The notes beneath the pieces are model-generated. The model did not search any database. It was not told where the DNA came from and worked only from the letters and a program-made list of their open reading frames with translations. Below are positions 61,407-64,000 of a stretch of 64,000 bases of DNA, one piece after another (positions within the stretch are counted from its first letter, which is position 1; every line of letters starts with the position of its first letter). A program made the translations under genes and the position numbers. Source of the stretch: Cyanobacteria bacterium auto_48_18 (GTDB taxonomy: Bacteria > Cyanobacteriota > Vampirovibrionia > Obscuribacterales > Obscuribacteraceae); NCBI GenBank assembly GCA_036170915.1, contig JAVHQC010000020.1, positions 64,001 through 128,000 on the forward strand. The letters are read 5' to 3'.

Positions 61407-62963
61407 TTACTTAGCACTCGTGGGCTTAAGGGTCTCTTCAATGCGCTTGAATATAGGCCCGGCATTGCGCACTTTTTGCCCTGCAGGAATCATGTCAAAA
61501 AATCCATCAGGCCGATCGCTGTCACCAAAGACTTCAAGGTCGTCGTCGTGGCCTAACTGCCACCATAAGTCTGATGCCAGTTTGGGCGCAAAAGGATATA
61601 TTTGAAAAGCCATGCGCCTGAGCATTTCAACTGAAGTATAAAGCACTTCTTGGCCTTCCTTGCTTTTGCCTTCTTTAAAGAGCGACCATGGTTTTTCATC
61701 GGCAAAATATTTGTTAGTCAAATCTACCAGTGCAAGAATAGAGTCAATCGCTTTGGCATACTCAAGTTTGACCATGTGGGCGTTGTAAACAACATGAAGT
61801 TCATTGGCATTTTCGCGAAGTAAATTTTCTGGTTTGGCGTCTGGAAGTTGGCTATCGCAATTGGTCTCTATCAGCTTCAGTGTGCGGCTGAGCAAATTAC
61901 CCATGCCGTTAGCCAGTGCGGAGTTGCAGGTGCTAATAAACTCGGCCTTCGAGAAATCACCATCTTGATCCATTGGTGTGCGACTGAACAAATAAAAGCG
62001 CACCGCGTCGGCGCCGTACTCTTCCACCAGTTTGTTTGGATCAATCACATTGCCTAGCGACTTGCTTATTTTCTGCCCTTCTACGGTAATAAATCCATGA
62101 GCGAAGATCTGCTTGGGCAGCGGAATACCGGCAGCGAGTAGGAATGCCGTCCAATAGATGCTGTGAAACTTAGTGATGTCTTTGCCAATTAAATGCAAGT
62201 CGGCTGGCCAGTATTTTTGAAACTGCTCGTCGTCAGTAAGATATCCACAGCCCGTGATGTAATTACTCAGCGCGTCCATCCACACGTAAATGACCTGGTC
62301 ATCATCGTCAGGCACAGGGATGCCCCAGGTCAGTGATTTTTTCGAACGGGAAACGCTGAAGTCACCGAGCTCAGGATCATTCAACTGATTGAGAACTTCT
62401 TTTCGTCGACCGTCCGGCTGCACAGCAGTCGGATTGGCTTCCAGCCAAGCTTGTATTTGTGGTTTGTATTTTGTCAGCTTGAAAAAATAATTTTCTTCTG
62501 CCACTTGCTTTGGTGGCTTAAGGTGATTGACGCAATTGCCGTTAGCATCTAGATCTCGCTCTCTGACAAAGTCTTCACAACCTTCACAGTAGAGCGCTGA
62601 GTAAGTTGATTTGTAAATGTCTCCTTGATCGCGCAATTTGCGAAACAAACTTTGCACCACTTTCTCATGATCGGCCTCAGTGGTGCGAATAAATCGATCG
62701 TAAGAGAGATTGAGATTGTTCCAACTCTCTTTGAACATCTCTGAAATTTCGTCGCAAAACGCTTGCGGTGTTTTGCCCGCTTGTTCTGCCGATCTTTGAA
62801 TCTTGATGCCGTGTTCATCAACCCCAGTGAGGAAACGGACGTCATAAGCTCTCATGCGGTAATAGCGCGCAATAACGTCGGCTGCAATTTTCTCGTAGGC
62901 GTGGCCGATATGCGGAGCGGCATTAACGTAATCGATGGCTGTTGTGACGTAGAACTTATTCAT
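61407..62963 (-). CDS. metG: Methionine--tRNA ligase (short form, no C-terminal tRNA-binding domain)
   Basis: FYVTTAIDY..PHIGH, GVDEHG.KI, YVWMDAL.NY, GKDI.KFH, KISKSLGN. Confidence 0.97.
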   Translation of the reverse strand: MNKFYVTTAIDYVNAAPHIGHAYEKIAADVIARYYRMRAYDVRFLTGVDEHGIKIQRSAEQAGKTPQAFCDEISEMFKESWNNLNLSYDRFIRTTEADHEKVVQSLFRKLRDQGDIYKSTYSALYCEGCEDFVRERDLDANGNCVNHLKPPKQVAEENYFFKLTKYKPQIQAWLEANPTAVQPDGRRKEVLNQLNDPELGDFSVSRSKKSLTWGIPVPDDDDQVIYVWMDALSNYITGCGYLTDDEQFQKYWPADLHLIGKDITKFHSIYWTAFLLAAGIPLPKQIFAHGFITVEGQKISKSLGNVIDPNKLVEEYGADAVRFYLFSRTPMDQDGDFSKAEFISTCNSALANGMGNLLSRTLKLIETNCDSQLPDAKPENLLRENANELHVVYNAHMVKLEYAKAIDSILALVDLTNKYFADEKPWSLFKEGKSKEGQEVLYTSVEMLRRMAFQIYPFAPKLASDLWWQLGHDDDLEVFGDSDRPDGFFDMIPAGQKVRNAGPIFKRIEETLKPTSAK

Positions 62964-63049
62964 CGAGTTGAACGTATCCTTATTTGGAATGATTTAGATG
63001 GTTATTTCATTTACAATATCAGTAGACCATAATAGTACAGAGTGACAGA

Positions 63050-63136
63050 ATGTTGATTCTTGAGCCAATTCGTTTTGAGCGTCAGCTCTTCAAAGAATTT
63101 GTTTGTGGCCGTCGTAACAGAGGTAAGGTGCAATGA
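63050..63136 (+). CDS. Possible 28-aa leader ORF coupled to coaBC
   Basis: [28 protein letters not shown], stop overlaps coaBC ATG (ATGA). Confidence 0.25.
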   Translation: MLILEPIRFERQLFKEFVCGRRNRGKVQ

Positions 63137-64000
63137 CCATGAAGAAGTCTTCCAAGAAAAGAGATACCAAATTCGGCTTCGACTCCTTCAATCCACTTGA
63201 GAACAAGACGGTGTTGCTCGGCATTAGCGGTGGCATTGCTGCTTACAAAGCCTGTGATATCGCTTCCCAGTTGAGGCATGCTGGAGCTGATGTTCATGCT
63301 GTGCTCACTCCCAATGCAAAAGAGTTTATTACTCCACTTTCGCTAACGACTATAACCCGCAACCAGGCTCATTGTGAGCAATATGGACCGGCCGCAGATT
63401 GGCGTCCAGAGCATATCGATTTGGCCAAGAAAGCAGATTTGATTTTAATCGCTCCTGCCACTGCCGACATAATCGCTAAGCTTGCCAACGGCATTTGCGA
63501 TGACTTGCTAACTTCGATGGTGTTGGCATCACCGGCCAAAGTAATGATCGCTCCAGCGATGAATCCTCTAATGCTGCAGCATCCAGCCACTCAACATAAT
63601 CTGGCGATATTAGAGAATCGCTATCGCTACGACGTTATTCCACCAGAGTACGGCGAAGTCGCTTGCGGTGACTGGGGCACCGGGAAGATGGCTGCTGTTG
63701 AGACCATCATTGCTGCTGTAGCGGCCAGATTGCTAGCCCACTTGACCCTTTCAACCAAGCGATTATTGATCACCGCTGGTGGCACTCGAGAACCGATTGA
63801 TCCAGTGCGCTTTATCGGCAACCGCTCTTCCGGCAAAATGGGCATAGCTATGGCCGACGCTGCTCACGGTCGTGGGGCCGATGTAACTCTGGTTTCGACT
63901 GTCGATGTAGAACGAGCCTATCCGGTGATTGTGGTTGAGACTGCTCAAGAAATGCAAGATTCTGTAGAGTCAGAATTTGACGGCTGCGATGCACTGGTGA
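63133..64000 (+). CDS. coaBC: Bifunctional phosphopantothenoylcysteine decarboxylase/synthetase (3' truncated; absent from the ORF track)
   Basis: Manual translation: MTMKKSS...[56 protein letters not shown]. Confidence 0.95.
   Translation, partial: MTMKKSSKKRDTKFGFDSFNPLENKTVLLGISGGIAAYKACDIASQLRHAGADVHAVLTPNAKEFITPLSLTTITRNQAHCEQYGPAADWRPEHIDLAKKADLILIAPATADIIAKLANGICDDLLTSMVLASPAKVMIAPAMNPLMLQHPATQHNLAILENRYRYDVIPPEYGEVACGDWGTGKMAAVETIIAAVAARLLAHLTLSTKRLLITAGGTREPIDPVRFIGNRSSGKMGIAMADAAHGRGADVTLVSTVDVERAYPVIVVETAQEMQDSVESEFDGCDALV

Overview
Gene-dense chromosomal window made up mostly of housekeeping genes, with no recognisable rRNA, tRNA, CRISPR array, integrase or transposase. Several features suggest a non-photosynthetic relative of Cyanobacteria (Melainabacteria/Vampirovibrionia, possibly Obscuribacterales): a cyanobacterial-type Hfq, yggS-sepF synteny, a GroEL with the [10 protein letters not shown] signature, a Zn-ribbon Ser/Thr kinase, an LRR protein, and no photosynthesis genes in the window. 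This assignment is inference, not a database result. Recognisable genes: 3' end of preA, an RND efflux pair, pyrD, a Zn alcohol dehydrogenase, an AI-2E transporter, two GT-C/TMTC-like membrane proteins, a GH1 glycosidase, DsbD-like reductase, BCP, pheST, obgE, a PC4-like protein, an M23 peptidase, sepF, yggS, rsmE, accDA, a kinase, an MFS transporter, an NDP-sugar synthase, HIT, a GAF-GAF-GGDEF protein, groESL, pip, ispF, a BC-BCCP fusion, hbd, GT2, hfq-like, mreBCD-mrdA, metG and the 5' part of coaBC. The most unusual signals are: (1) a 1075-aa membrane-anchored acidic protein with four internal repeats and a C-terminal Roadblock/MglB domain; (2) a dispersed intergenic palindrome family (core CTTGGATCGATATCGATCCAAG, two perfect copies and one compensatory variant); (3) an intact plus degenerate GT-C paralogue pair; (4) an uncalled 51-aa highly basic protein; (5) a repeat-rich protein with an NlpC/P60-like domain; (6) recurrent short tandem duplications at gene boundaries, two of which create upstream micro-ORFs.
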